A stretch of 58,890 nucleotides of DNA, taken from Oscillospiraceae bacterium (GTDB lineage Bacteria; Bacillota; Clostridia; Oscillospirales; UBA929). The position numbers were made by a program, and so were the translations under genes. Below are positions 1 through 8,995 of this stretch, in pieces. The notes under the pieces are model-generated. The model did not search any database. It was not told the DNA's origin and saw only the letters and a program-made list of their open reading frames with translations. Where the stretch lies: assembly GCA_009777255.1 (NCBI GenBank), contig WRMG01000003.1, positions 1 through 58,890 of the forward strand, read 5' to 3'. The stretch's first letter is position 1, and every line of letters starts with the position of its first letter.

Positions 1-212
1 CCGCCCCCGGCGCGCCGTGTTCCCTCCGCCGGCCCGTCGTAGGGGCGCGCATTGCGCGTCCGGTGTTATACGTTGCCGTTGTATGCGGCGCGTCAGGGAT
101 GCCGCGCCGTACAAAAACGGCGCATGTAGGGCGCGACGCCCCCGGCGCGCCGTGGGGTGACGACCACCCCGCCGCGCGGGGCGCGGCACCCCTCCAAGGA
201 GGGGAATTGGGA
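1..212. repeat. REP/BIME-like mosaic of GC-rich hairpin modules (truncated by window edge)
   Basis: GTAG+palindrome units at 39-61 (GTAGGGGCGCGCATTGCGCGTCC) and 126-151. Hairpins at 86-109, 154-170 and 171-187. CCCCTCCaaGGAGGGG at 189-204 followed by AATTGGG. 166-212 is nearly identical to 10281-10324. Confidence 0.8.
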
Positions 213-243
213 CGGGGCAAGTTCCATATGAAAGAGGTTTGTT

Positions 244-681
244 ATGGTTCATCCGAGTGAGGCGATTATGCGGGAATTGATCAGGGATCAATGGGACGGG
301 GATTCGATTACCGCGGCGGTCGCCGACGCGCAGGGCGTGATAATAGCGAAGGGCAAAACAACGGTCGGCGAGGATTGTGACCCGACCGCGCACGCGGAAA
401 TAAACGCGGTCAGGAGCGCGTGTAAAATACTTAAAACGCATAGACTGCCAAAGGGATATTGGCTTTATACCACGTTTGAGCCGTGCCCGTTATGCGCGGC
501 GGCGGTCATTTGGGCGGGATTTGAGGGCGTGGTATACGCGAACAACCCCGACTACAGGGGAAAAGAAGAGAATTGGTCATTCATAAAGTGCGGCGAGGTC
601 ATTAAGGCCGGAAATTATATCAGTGAGGTTAAGTTAGTGGAGGATTTTTTGATTGACGAAATCAAAGACTATTTTGTGTGA
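244..681 (+). CDS. CMP/dCMP-type zinc nucleoside deaminase (TadA/guanine deaminase-like)
   Basis: Zinc motifs HAE(INAV) and PCPLC in the translation. AAGAGG RBS about 8 nt upstream of the ATG. Confidence 0.85.
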   Translation: MVHPSEAIMRELIRDQWDGDSITAAVADAQGVIIAKGKTTVGEDCDPTAHAEINAVRSACKILKTHRLPKGYWLYTTFEPCPLCAAAVIWAGFEGVVYANNPDYRGKEENWSFIKCGEVIKAGNYISEVKLVEDFLIDEIKDYFV

Positions 682-1976
682 TGCTTATGATTAAGAAAAA
701 CGATATTTTTACCGCTGAGGTAGTGGATTATACCAGCGAGGGGCTGGGGGTCTGCCGTTATGACGGACAGGCCGTTTTTGTGCGCGGCGCGGCGCGGGGC
801 GACGTCTTGGAGGTGCGGGTCGTAAAGGCGACAGGCAGGGCGGTCTGGGGCAGGATTGAGAGGATAACAGAGCCATCGGAGCATAGGATTGATACGGACT
901 GCGCGGTGTTTCCGGCTTGCGGCGGCTGTGATTTGAGGCATGTGGGCTATGGCGAGGAGCTGAGGTTCAAGCGGGAAAAGGTCGAGCGGGCGCTTAGAAA
1001 AATCGGCGGGGTTGAGATCAGTGCGGCAGATGTTATCGGCGCGGAGGCTTTAGAGGGGTACCGCAACAAGGCGGTGATACCTGTCGGCAGGCTTGGGGAC
1101 AGCGTCGTCACGGGGTATTACAGGGCGCGGAGCCATGACATAGTGCCGCATGAGAACTGTAAAATAAACGCGCCGGAGATAAATATTTGCGCGGGGGTCA
1201 CGCGGGAGTTTTTGGAGCGTTACCGCGTAGATACGGCGCGGCATTTGATGGTGAGGGCGGTTGACGGCGGCGTTCAGGCGGCGCTTGTGGTTAAGGGCGG
1301 GCTGGAAAACGGGTGTGAATGGGTTGAGATGCTGCGGGAGAAATGCCCGAATATAAAGAGTGTTCTTGTTATTGAGAATCCGAATGACGATAATGTGCCG
1401 CTTCGCGGGGAGATAGAGTGCCTGTGGGGAGAGCTTACGCTTATCGGGCGGATGGGGGCGTTTGAGTTTGAGCTGCACCCGTTCGCGTTCGCGCAGGTGA
1501 ACACGCAACAGGCGGTGAGGCTGTATGATCTGGCGCGGGAGTACGCCGGGGAGTATGGCAGCGCCGCGGATTTATTCTGCGGGGCGGGGACGCTGACGCT
1601 GTGGATGGCGCGCGGCGCCGGCAGGGTCGCCGGCGTGGAGTCTGTGCCGGAGGCGGTGGAGTGCGCGAGACGTAACGCCGTGCGCAGCGGCGCGGGGAAT
1701 GTTGAGTTTATTTTGGGCGACGCGGGGGCGGTGAAGCTGCCGAGGACGGAGGTTGTGACGGTTGACCCGCCGAGGAGCGGGATGGATTTGGCGGCGGTTG
1801 AGGCCGTCGCCGCCGCGGAGCCGGAGAGGATAATATATGTGTCGTGCGATCCGGCGACGCTGGCGCGGGACGTGAAGCTGTTCGGTGAGCGGGGGTATAA
1901 GGCGGACAGGCTGGGGATTGTGGATATGTTTCCGAGGACGCGGCATACGGAGTGTGTTGTAAGGCTGAAAAAATAA
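681..1976 (+). CDS. rlmD: 23S rRNA (uracil-5-)-methyltransferase, RumA/RlmD family
   Basis: N-terminal TRAM-like region, Cys cluster (C..CGGC), SAM fold GAGT and DPPRSG motifs. ATG at 681 overlaps the upstream TGA by 1 nt. The ORF track starts at GTG 678. Confidence 0.85.
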   Translation: MLMIKKNDIFTAEVVDYTSEGLGVCRYDGQAVFVRGAARGDVLEVRVVKATGRAVWGRIERITEPSEHRIDTDCAVFPACGGCDLRHVGYGEELRFKREKVERALRKIGGVEISAADVIGAEALEGYRNKAVIPVGRLGDSVVTGYYRARSHDIVPHENCKINAPEINICAGVTREFLERYRVDTARHLMVRAVDGGVQAALVVKGGLENGCEWVEMLREKCPNIKSVLVIENPNDDNVPLRGEIECLWGELTLIGRMGAFEFELHPFAFAQVNTQQAVRLYDLAREYAGEYGSAADLFCGAGTLTLWMARGAGRVAGVESVPEAVECARRNAVRSGAGNVEFILGDAGAVKLPRTEVVTVDPPRSGMDLAAVEAVAAAEPERIIYVSCDPATLARDVKLFGERGYKADRLGIVDMFPRTRHTECVVRLKK

Positions 1977-2029
1977 TTTCAACACTTTGGGGTTCCCGTG
2001 CGTCTATAGGGCAGAGAGGGGTGAGCGGG

Positions 2030-2509
2030 GTGCTTGTGGAAGTGTTTTACGAGCTGCACAAGGATGAGCTTGTCGCCGTGATGACGCGGCATTCACGCGA
2101 CGGCGAGAAATCGAAGGACGCGGTTCAGGAGGCGTTTCTGAAAGCGCTTAACCATCGTGAGGCCCTTTCGGCAATGAAGCAGAAATCACTGTGGGCGTGG
2201 ATGTACACGGCGGCGAAAAACGCGCTGATCGACGAGAAACGCAGGACGGCGCGGGTTGTCGCTTATGAGGACACCGGCATGGCCGAGGCGGCGGATCCCG
2301 CGCCGGACCCGACGGACGCGATTATGGTAAGGGAGCTTATGCACAGGCTTCCGCCGGAGCTGATGCGTATTGTTTCGCTCAGGTACTTCGGGGGCATGAA
2401 CGCGACGGAGATAGGCGAGATGAAGGGCATACCGCCGTCAACGGTGAGGTCGCAGCTGCGGACAGCGCTCTCGATTTTGAGAAAGTACGCGGGCAACAGG
2501 GATTTTTAG
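2030..2509 (+). CDS. RNA polymerase sigma-70 factor, ECF subfamily
   Basis: Region 2 (AFLKAL...YTAAKNALID) and region 4 HTH (LRYFGGMNATEIGEMKGIPPSTVRSQL). GTG at 2030 lies 9 nt after GAGAGGGG. The start is uncertain (2021 or 2030). The 1952 start overlaps rlmD and is unlikely. Confidence 0.8.
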   Translation: MLVEVFYELHKDELVAVMTRHSRDGEKSKDAVQEAFLKALNHREALSAMKQKSLWAWMYTAAKNALIDEKRRTARVVAYEDTGMAEAADPAPDPTDAIMVRELMHRLPPELMRIVSLRYFGGMNATEIGEMKGIPPSTVRSQLRTALSILRKYAGNRDF

Positions 2510-2530
2510 CTAAAAGAGAGGAGCATTGAA

Positions 2531-3769
2531 ATGGAAAAGAAGGTATTCGGCATCAACGCGGGAAAGGTGCTGCTGCTGAGGGACGACCCCGAGGCGTTTG
2601 CCGGTTATGACGGCGTTGAGATCAACGCGGGGAAGGTCATAGCCTCAAGGAAAATGTACGAGCGGCTGCAAGGCATGGGCGCCGCAATAAACTGCGGCGT
2701 TGTGAAGGTGCTGGACATTAAGGGCGAGGTCGCGGAGCTGGACGGAAACACCGTCATCACCGGCGCGGAGGATTACAGCGGGCGTTTTGTCGTGTGCGAC
2801 GGGAATCTTGTCGTCGAGAGCGCGGAGGGGCTGAGGGGCGCCGAGGGGATTTACGCCGGCACGCTGTTTTATCCCGAGTCCGCGGACTTGAGCGGGGTGA
2901 GGAATATTTCGGCGGACAACAGGGTCGCGTATCCCGACGGGGCGAAGCTGAGGCTGGAGGGGCTGGAGCTGGGCGGTGACGCGCATATCGTCCTTGAGGG
3001 CGGCGCGCTTTATTGGGTACACGGGAGAATAAAGGCGCTGGACGGCGGCGCGCTGGAGAAGCTGGACGGCAAAGGGACGACGTTCAAGTGCGGGACGCTG
3101 ATAATTTACGCGGGGCTTTACGAGCGGTTCCGTGAAATGTTCAAAGCGGACAGGTATGAGTTCATACCCGACGGGTACGGCGTGGCTGACGGCGACCTCT
3201 CGCTGGACGCGGGCACGGCGGCGCTTTACGGCGACAGGCTGGTTATAAACGGCGACTTGACGGTCGCGCATGACCAGGCGGGGCATTTGAAAGCGTTTAA
3301 GGCGCTGAAGGTGAACGGCGCGGTCACGATGCCGGTTTCAGCCGCCGCGGACTTTAAGGCCGTGGGCAGCGCGGAGGAGTTTGAGCTGTACGAGGGCGTG
3401 CTGCTTAACGTGAACGGGTTCCAGACGATAGGGAGCGGGCAGCTGAGAACGGCCGCCGCCGCCGGAGGGAAGTATACGATAAAGGTGAACGGCGCGCTGT
3501 ATTTCGACTCCGCCGTGACGGCGGAGGACATGGAGGCCATCGCCGCCGTACACTGCAACGGGATCATCAGCGCGCCGGACGCCGCGCGGGGCGGGCTTGA
3601 CGGCAAGGTGAGGGAGCTTAACGGGATGATACTCGACGCGGACGCGATGCTGAAAAAGGCTTACGGCGAGGATTTTTCAGCCGACCCCATAGGCGCGATG
3701 AAAAAAATAAAGGAGATGGCCGGAGTCGTCGCCGGAAGCGGGGTTAACGCGGGGAAATATCGCAATTAA
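2531..3769 (+). CDS. hypothetical soluble protein with short recurring (I/V/L/C)N(A/G/C)G-type strand motifs
   Basis: 412-aa ORF with GAGAGGAG RBS. It starts 21 nt after the ECF sigma gene. No signal peptide or TM segment is visible. Motifs INAGKV x2, INCGVV, INGDL, VNGAV, VNGAL, CNGII, LNGMI recur. Confidence 0.7.
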   Translation: MEKKVFGINAGKVLLLRDDPEAFAGYDGVEINAGKVIASRKMYERLQGMGAAINCGVVKVLDIKGEVAELDGNTVITGAEDYSGRFVVCDGNLVVESAEGLRGAEGIYAGTLFYPESADLSGVRNISADNRVAYPDGAKLRLEGLELGGDAHIVLEGGALYWVHGRIKALDGGALEKLDGKGTTFKCGTLIIYAGLYERFREMFKADRYEFIPDGYGVADGDLSLDAGTAALYGDRLVINGDLTVAHDQAGHLKAFKALKVNGAVTMPVSAAADFKAVGSAEEFELYEGVLLNVNGFQTIGSGQLRTAAAAGGKYTIKVNGALYFDSAVTAEDMEAIAAVHCNGIISAPDAARGGLDGKVRELNGMILDADAMLKKAYGEDFSADPIGAMKKIKEMAGVVAGSGVNAGKYRN

Positions 3770-3782
3770 CGGTTAAGAAAAA

Positions 3783-3818
3783 AACCGCGCGGGGCGTTGA
3801 CAGGCCGCGCGGTTTTGT
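3783..3818 (+). terminator. rho-independent terminator after the 412-aa gene
   Basis: AACCGCGCGG / CCGCGCGGTT 10-bp stem, 12-nt loop, then a TTTTGTG tail. Confidence 0.75.
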
Positions 3819-3826
3819 GTTATCCT
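3797..3826 (+). promoter_or_regulatory. candidate pyr operon promoter embedded in the terminator hairpin
   Basis: TTGACA (3797-3802) lies in the terminator loop, then 17-18 nt to TTATCC/TATCCT (3820-3826), about 40 nt upstream of pyrB. Confidence 0.4.
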
Positions 3827-3863
3827 GTTATGGGACATTAAGGTATTAAAGGGGAGGGTCATT

Positions 3864-4787
3864 ATGGGGCTTGAGAGCAGGAATCTTATCAGCACCCTTG
3901 ATTTTTCAATTGAAGAACAGGATGAGGTATTGGCTTTGGCGGAGCGAATCATGGCGGCGCCGAAGGAATATGATCATTTGCTGGGAGGCCGGATAATGGC
4001 GTCCCTATTTTTTGAGCCCAGCACGCGCACAAGGCTGAGCTTCGAGGCCGCTATGCTGCGGCTGGGAGGACGGGTGATCGGGTTCTCGGAGGCGGGGTCG
4101 TCATCGGCGGCCAAGGGCGAGAGCCTGAGCGACACCATACGCACGGTGAGCCAATACGCGGATATTATCGTCGTGAGGCACCCCAAGGAGGGCGCGGCGA
4201 ACATCGCCGCGGGCGTTTCGGGGGTCCCCGTCGTCAACGCCGGCGACGGCGGGCACGAGCATCCGACGCAGACGCTGACGGACCTGTTGACGATACGCTC
4301 GGTGAAAAAACGCGTCGGCGGGCTTGCGGTCGGCTGCTGCGGGGACTTGAAGTTCGGGCGCACGGTACATTCGCTGGTGAAGAATATCAGCCGTTATGAG
4401 GGGGTGTCGTTTATCTTCGCGTCGCCGGACGAGCTGAGGATACCGAGATTTTTGCGGGCGTTTTTGGACGACAACGGCGTTGAATACGTCGAAACGGACA
4501 GAATGGACGGGAAAATAGCGGAGATGGATGTGCTGTATATGACGCGGGTGCAGAAGGAGCGGTTTTTTAACGAGGAGGAGTATATCAGGCTGAAGGATCT
4601 TTTTATACTCGACGCGGGCAAGCTGAGGAGCGCGAAAGAGGATCTGTGCATACTGCACCCGCTGCCGAGGGTGAACGAGATCGCGTATGAGGTGGACGCG
4701 GACAAACGCGCGGCGTATTTTCATCAGGCGGGCTGCGGCATGTACGCGCGCATGGCGCTGATGGCGTCGCTGCTGGGCGCGGTGTAA
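3864..4787 (+). CDS. pyrB: aspartate carbamoyltransferase catalytic subunit
   Basis: STRTR, HPTQ and HPLPR motifs. GGGGAGGG RBS. Confidence 0.95.
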   Translation: MGLESRNLISTLDFSIEEQDEVLALAERIMAAPKEYDHLLGGRIMASLFFEPSTRTRLSFEAAMLRLGGRVIGFSEAGSSSAAKGESLSDTIRTVSQYADIIVVRHPKEGAANIAAGVSGVPVVNAGDGGHEHPTQTLTDLLTIRSVKKRVGGLAVGCCGDLKFGRTVHSLVKNISRYEGVSFIFASPDELRIPRFLRAFLDDNGVEYVETDRMDGKIAEMDVLYMTRVQKERFFNEEEYIRLKDLFILDAGKLRSAKEDLCILHPLPRVNEIAYEVDADKRAAYFHQAGCGMYARMALMASLLGAV

Positions 4788-4799
4788 AGGAGGGGTGAT

Positions 4800-5240
4800 A
4801 TGAAAGGGCAAAGGTTGGTTAACTCGATAGAAAAGGGCATTGTTATCGACCATATCCGCGCGGGGCTGGGGGTCAAGCTGTTCCACTTTTTGAAGCTGGA
4901 CAACGCGGATTTTACGGTGGTCATCATCTCCGGCGCGGAGAGCAAACGCATGGGACGCAAGGATATTATCAAAATTCAGAATATGATTGATATTGATTAT
5001 ACGGTCATCGGGCTGATAGACCACAACGCGACGATCTCAATAATCGAGGACGGGGAGATAACGGAGAAGAAAAAGCTGGAGCTGCCGCGCAGGGTCGAGA
5101 ACGTTATTGTTTGCAAAAACCCGCGCTGCATAACCTCGACGGAGAGGCAGATACCGCATGTTTTCAGCTTGCAGAACGCGGAGACGCGCACATACCGCTG
5201 CGATTACTGCGAGGACCATGTGCGCGGGATAGAGATATGA
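4800..5240 (+). CDS. pyrI: aspartate carbamoyltransferase regulatory subunit
   Basis: C-terminal zinc domain CxxxxC...CxxC (CKNPRC...CDYC). It immediately follows pyrB. Confidence 0.9.
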   Translation: MKGQRLVNSIEKGIVIDHIRAGLGVKLFHFLKLDNADFTVVIISGAESKRMGRKDIIKIQNMIDIDYTVIGLIDHNATISIIEDGEITEKKKLELPRRVENVIVCKNPRCITSTERQIPHVFSLQNAETRTYRCDYCEDHVRGIEI

Positions 5241-6436
5241 TAATCAAAAACGCGGTGCTGGTTGACTGGCGCGGGGTGCGCCGGGGCGAGCTGATTATCA
5301 AGGACGGCGTTATCGCGGAGCAGGGCGGAACAGGCGATATTATTGACGGGACGGGGCTTTATGTAATGCCGGCGTTTGTCGATTTGCACGCGCATCTGCG
5401 CACGCCGGGGCAGACGCATAAGGAGGATATAGCGAGCGGCACGCGCGCCGCCGTAAGGGGCGGGTATACCGCGCTGAACGCGATGGCGAACACTGTTCCC
5501 GTGTGTTCGGACGCGGAGATCGCGCGGGAGGTCTGTGAACAGGCGCGGGCGCTTGGGCGTTGCGATGTTTTTCAGAGCGTTAGCGTGACGCGGGATTTTG
5601 ACGGCGTGACGGTTTCGCATCTGGACGGGCTGGACGGCACGGAGGGGTTTATAAGGTGCATCTCGGAGGACGGGCGCGGCGTTAAGGACGGCGGCGTTTT
5701 TCTGGAAGCGCTGCGGCGGGCGGAGCGGTTTGGTAAAGCGCTGCTTGTCCACGCGGAGGACGCCGATTTCAGCGGGATAGATATGTATGCCGCCGAGGAT
5801 TTGGAAACGGCGCGGGATTTGTATATTGTTGAGATGTATTGCGGAAGGTATGGGAGAGAGAGGCTGAAGGTCCATTTCTGCCATGTTTCGACGGAGTATT
5901 CCGCGCGGGCGGTTATCGCCGCGAAGCGGCGGGGGCTGCCGGTGAGCCTTGAGGTGACGCCGCATCATATCGCGCTGAGTGACAGTGTTGACTTTCGCGT
6001 GAATCCGCCGCTGAGGCGCGAGGAGGACAGGGCATTTTTGGTGAAAGCCGTGCTGGACGGCGAGGTTGACGCTATCGCCACGGACCACGCGCCGCATACG
6101 GAGACGGAAAAGAAGAGCGGTGCGCCGGGACTGGTCGGGCTTGAAACGGCGTTTCAGGTGTGCTATACTACTCTTTGCCGCCTAAACGGGCTGCCGCTGT
6201 CAAGGCTGTCGGAGCTGATGAGCCTTAATCCCGCGCGGATACTGGGGATAAACAAGGGCTCGCTGGACGCCGGCGCCGACGGCGACGTCGTGTTGGTAGA
6301 CTTGGAGCGCGAGACGATTGTTGACAGCTCCGAGTTTTTCTCAAAAGGGAGAAACACGCCGTTTGACGGGAGAACGTATTTCGGCGGGGTTGTGATGACG
6401 ATAAAAAACGGGGAGGTTGTATATGATGAACGTTGA
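5237..6436 (+). CDS. pyrC: dihydroorotase
   Basis: DLHAHLR metal motif and DHAPH. ATG at 5237 gives an ATGA overlap with the pyrI stop. The track's 5111 start lies inside pyrI. Confidence 0.92.
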   Translation: MIIKNAVLVDWRGVRRGELIIKDGVIAEQGGTGDIIDGTGLYVMPAFVDLHAHLRTPGQTHKEDIASGTRAAVRGGYTALNAMANTVPVCSDAEIAREVCEQARALGRCDVFQSVSVTRDFDGVTVSHLDGLDGTEGFIRCISEDGRGVKDGGVFLEALRRAERFGKALLVHAEDADFSGIDMYAAEDLETARDLYIVEMYCGRYGRERLKVHFCHVSTEYSARAVIAAKRRGLPVSLEVTPHHIALSDSVDFRVNPPLRREEDRAFLVKAVLDGEVDAIATDHAPHTETEKKSGAPGLVGLETAFQVCYTTLCRLNGLPLSRLSELMSLNPARILGINKGSLDAGADGDVVLVDLERETIVDSSEFFSKGRNTPFDGRTYFGGVVMTIKNGEVVYDER

Positions 6437-7286
6437 TAAGCTGTATGACAACGCGGCGCGGAACGGCGTGGTGTGTCTGGGGCTGGACACCTCGGCGGCG
6501 TACATACCCGAGGGGTTTTTGGCGGGGTTTAATACCGTCGGCGAGGCGGTTTTCGAGTTCAACAGGAAAATAATCGACGCGACGTGTGACGCCGTGGCGT
6601 GCTACAAGGTCCAGATCGCCTATTACGAGGCCATGGGGCTGGAGGGGCTTGCGGCGTATTCAAAAACGCTGAAATACATAAAGAGCGCCGGGCAGCTGGC
6701 TATCGCCGACGTGAAGCGCGGGGACATCAAGGAGACGGCCGCGATGTACGCGAAAGCGCATTATTCGGGGGATTTTGAGGCGGATTTTGTCACGCTGAAC
6801 CCGTATATGGGCATGGATACGCTGGAGCCGTTCGAGCCGTATTTCGCGGAGGGCAAGGGGTGCTTCGCGCTGGTCAGGACCTCGAATGCCGGCGCGCGGG
6901 ACATACAATACTTGAGCGCGGACGGCGGCCGCAGGGTTTATGAAATTGTGGGAGAAAAGCTAAAAGCCTTGGGGGAGAAGCACATGGGCGCGCGCGGGTA
7001 CTCGGCGGTCGGCGCGGTTGTGGGCGCGACCAATGCTGAGGAGGGCGCAACCCTTAGAGAAAAACTTAGCACAACATTTTTTCTGATACCCGGGTTTGGG
7101 GCGCAGGGCGGGCGCGGCGCGGACGCGGCGGTGTACCTGCGGGACAATAACGGCGGGACGGTGAACTCGTCGCGTGCGGTGCTGACGCGCTGGAAAAAGC
7201 ATGAGGACGGCGCGGCGCGGTTTGACAGCTACGCGCGGGCGGAGGTCTTGGATATGAGAGAACAGATAGTAGTTACAAGTTACTAG
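6423..7286 (+). CDS. pyrF: orotidine 5'-phosphate decarboxylase (long/type 2 form)
   Basis: DVKRGDI motif and position in the pyr operon. ATG at 6423/6426 follows the GGGGAGG RBS. The track start 6417 is a TTG. Confidence 0.9.
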   Translation: MMNVDKLYDNAARNGVVCLGLDTSAAYIPEGFLAGFNTVGEAVFEFNRKIIDATCDAVACYKVQIAYYEAMGLEGLAAYSKTLKYIKSAGQLAIADVKRGDIKETAAMYAKAHYSGDFEADFVTLNPYMGMDTLEPFEPYFAEGKGCFALVRTSNAGARDIQYLSADGGRRVYEIVGEKLKALGEKHMGARGYSAVGAVVGATNAEEGATLREKLSTTFFLIPGFGAQGGRGADAAVYLRDNNGGTVNSSRAVLTRWKKHEDGAARFDSYARAEVLDMREQIVVTSY

Positions 7287-7298
7287 TTACTAGTTACA
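7271..7298 (+). repeat. four tandem heptamers AGTTAC(A/T) spanning the pyrF stop codon
   Basis: AGTTACA AGTTACT AGTTACT AGTTACA read directly. The pyrF TAG (7284-7286) lies inside units 2/3. Confidence 0.9.
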
Positions 7299-7385
7299 AG
7301 AGGAATACCCTGCCGCCTGCGGGCGGGGGGGGTGCGGGGCGCTTGGTGTGCGTTCCCTACCACAAAAAAGGGCAGGGTGAGGCGT

Positions 7386-8102
7386 ATGGGATATTTTAGC
7401 GCGAAAGTTTTGGCTAACGACAGGATTCATGACGGGGTTTACAGCATGAAAATCGCCGCCGGAACGGCGGGGGTCAGGCCGGGGCAGTTTTATATGCTGA
7501 TGCCGCGGGCGGCGCTGCTGGGGCGTCCGCTGAGTGTGTGCGAGCTTGGGGACGGGTGGATTGAGTTCTGTTACGCCGTCGTCGGGAAGGGCACGAGGGA
7601 GTTTTCTCAACTTCGAGAAAACGATGATATAGCCGCAAACGGGCCGGTTGGCAACGGCTTTGACGTTGATTTTATCAACACGCGTAAGCGCGTGGCGGTG
7701 GTGTCGGGCAGCGTGGGGATCGCGCCGTTTGTCGAGCTTGTGAAGCGGCTGACATGCGAGGTCAGTTGCTTTTGCGGGTTCCATGGTGGGAGTTATCTGA
7801 CGGAGCGGCTGCGTAACGTGAGCATCGCCACCGAGAGCGGCGCCGAGGGGCACAAGGGGCTTGTCACGGAGATATTTGACCCGCGCGGGTTTGAGCTGGT
7901 GCTGGCGTGCGGCTCGGAGGCGTTTTCAAAGGCGGTCACGCTGAAGTGCAAGGACGCCGGAACGTCGCTGCTCATCTCGCTTGACAGGCATATGGCGTGC
8001 GGCGTGGGCGCGTGTCTGTGCTGTACATGCGCGACGGCGGAGGGTAATAAACGATGCTGTGTAGACGGGCCGGTGTTTTGGGGAGAGGATTTAACATGCT
8101 AA
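7386..8102 (+). CDS. pyrK: dihydroorotate dehydrogenase electron-transfer subunit
   Basis: FAD/NAD-binding fold and C-terminal 2Fe-2S motif [14 protein letters not shown] at 7386 follows GGGTGAGG. Confidence 0.88.
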   Translation: MGYFSAKVLANDRIHDGVYSMKIAAGTAGVRPGQFYMLMPRAALLGRPLSVCELGDGWIEFCYAVVGKGTREFSQLRENDDIAANGPVGNGFDVDFINTRKRVAVVSGSVGIAPFVELVKRLTCEVSCFCGFHGGSYLTERLRNVSIATESGAEGHKGLVTEIFDPRGFELVLACGSEAFSKAVTLKCKDAGTSLLISLDRHMACGVGACLCCTCATAEGNKRCCVDGPVFWGEDLTC

Positions 8103-8995
8103 AGGTTTCGCTGTGCGGGGTGGAGCTTAAAAACCCTGTCATTATGGCGTCGGGGACGTTTGGATTCGGGCGGGAGTACGCGGGGTTCTATGATCTGTCG
8201 AGGCTGGGCGGCATTTGCACGAAAGGGCTGACGCTGGAGCCGCGCGAGGGCAACAGTGGGCGGCGCTCGCATGAGACGGCGATGGGGATGCTTAACAGCG
8301 TCGGTTTGCAAAACCCGGGTGTCGCGGCGTTTATTAAAGCTGAGCTGCCGTTTATGCTGGGACTGGGCACGGCGGTAATCGCCAATGTGGGCGGCAGCGA
8401 GCCGGAGGACTATATAAAATCCGTGGAGCTGCTGAACGGGACCGGCGTGAGCGTGATAGAGCTGAACATATCCTGCCCCAATGTGAAAAGGGGCGGCATG
8501 GCCTACGGGATCAAGGCGGCGACGGCTTACGCGTTCGTGCGGGAGATAAAGCGGGTGTGCAAGAAGCCGCTGATGGTAAAGCTGTCGCCGAACGCCGAGA
8601 ACATAATCGAGATGGCGGCGGCGTGTGAGGACGCGGGCGCGGACGCACTGTCGCTTATCAACACGCTGAAGGGCATGGCGGTGGATGTAAACACGCGGCG
8701 GCCGGTGTTTGACAATGTGTTCGCGGGGCTGTCGGGGCCGGCGGTGAAGCCCGTCGCGCTGAGGATGGTCTATGAGGTATGCAAATCTGTCAAGGCGCCC
8801 GTTGTGGGGATTGGCGGGATTGCCTGTGCCGCGGACGTGCTGGAGTTTATCATGGCCGGCGCGGCGGCGGTGCAGGTGGGCACCGCGAATTTCGTCAACC
8901 CCATGTGCGGTGCGGAGATTGTTGACGAGCTTCCGGCGCTGATGGAGCGTTTGGGGATAAAGACAATTGACGAGGTGAGAGGCGCGGCGCTGTAG
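8096..8995 (+). CDS. pyrD: dihydroorotate dehydrogenase B catalytic subunit
   Basis: Class 1B DHODase features (SGTFG, NxSCPN, GGI). ATG at 8096 overlaps the pyrK end. The TAG stop at 8993-8995 lies inside a GTAGGG repeat head. Confidence 0.92.
   Translation: MLKVSLCGVELKNPVIMASGTFGFGREYAGFYDLSRLGGICTKGLTLEPREGNSGRRSHETAMGMLNSVGLQNPGVAAFIKAELPFMLGLGTAVIANVGGSEPEDYIKSVELLNGTGVSVIELNISCPNVKRGGMAYGIKAATAYAFVREIKRVCKKPLMVKLSPNAENIIEMAAACEDAGADALSLINTLKGMAVDVNTRRPVFDNVFAGLSGPAVKPVALRMVYEVCKSVKAPVVGIGGIACAADVLEFIMAGAAAVQVGTANFVNPMCGAEIVDELPALMERLGIKTIDEVRGAAL

Noticed and set aside
3770-3863. PyrR-binding attenuator upstream of pyrB
   Set aside because: No ARUCCAGAGAGGYU-like motif or alternative antiterminator/terminator pair was seen. 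The single hairpin is best explained as the terminator of the upstream gene.
4101-5024. Long antisense ORFs opposite well-supported genes (4101-5024, 5204-6097, 8099-9067, 16997-17866, 22071-23243, 30482-31312, 30636-31346, 37755-39377 and others)
   Set aside because: These are typical of GC-rich DNA, where stop codons are rare on the antisense strand. The translations are Arg/Pro/His-rich without motifs, while the sense-strand genes carry clear family signatures.
5111-5236. Upstream extensions of ORF-track starts (pyrC 5111, pyrK 7332, pyrD 8054, pyrE 9421, sigma 1952, ABC 14387 and 46127, pnp 54225, rpsO 54615, flagellin 54873, yefM 42292, glycosylase 58258)
   Set aside because: The extensions overlap upstream genes or repeats and lack an RBS. 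Internal starts with good RBS spacing or 4-nt overlaps restore canonical N-termini.
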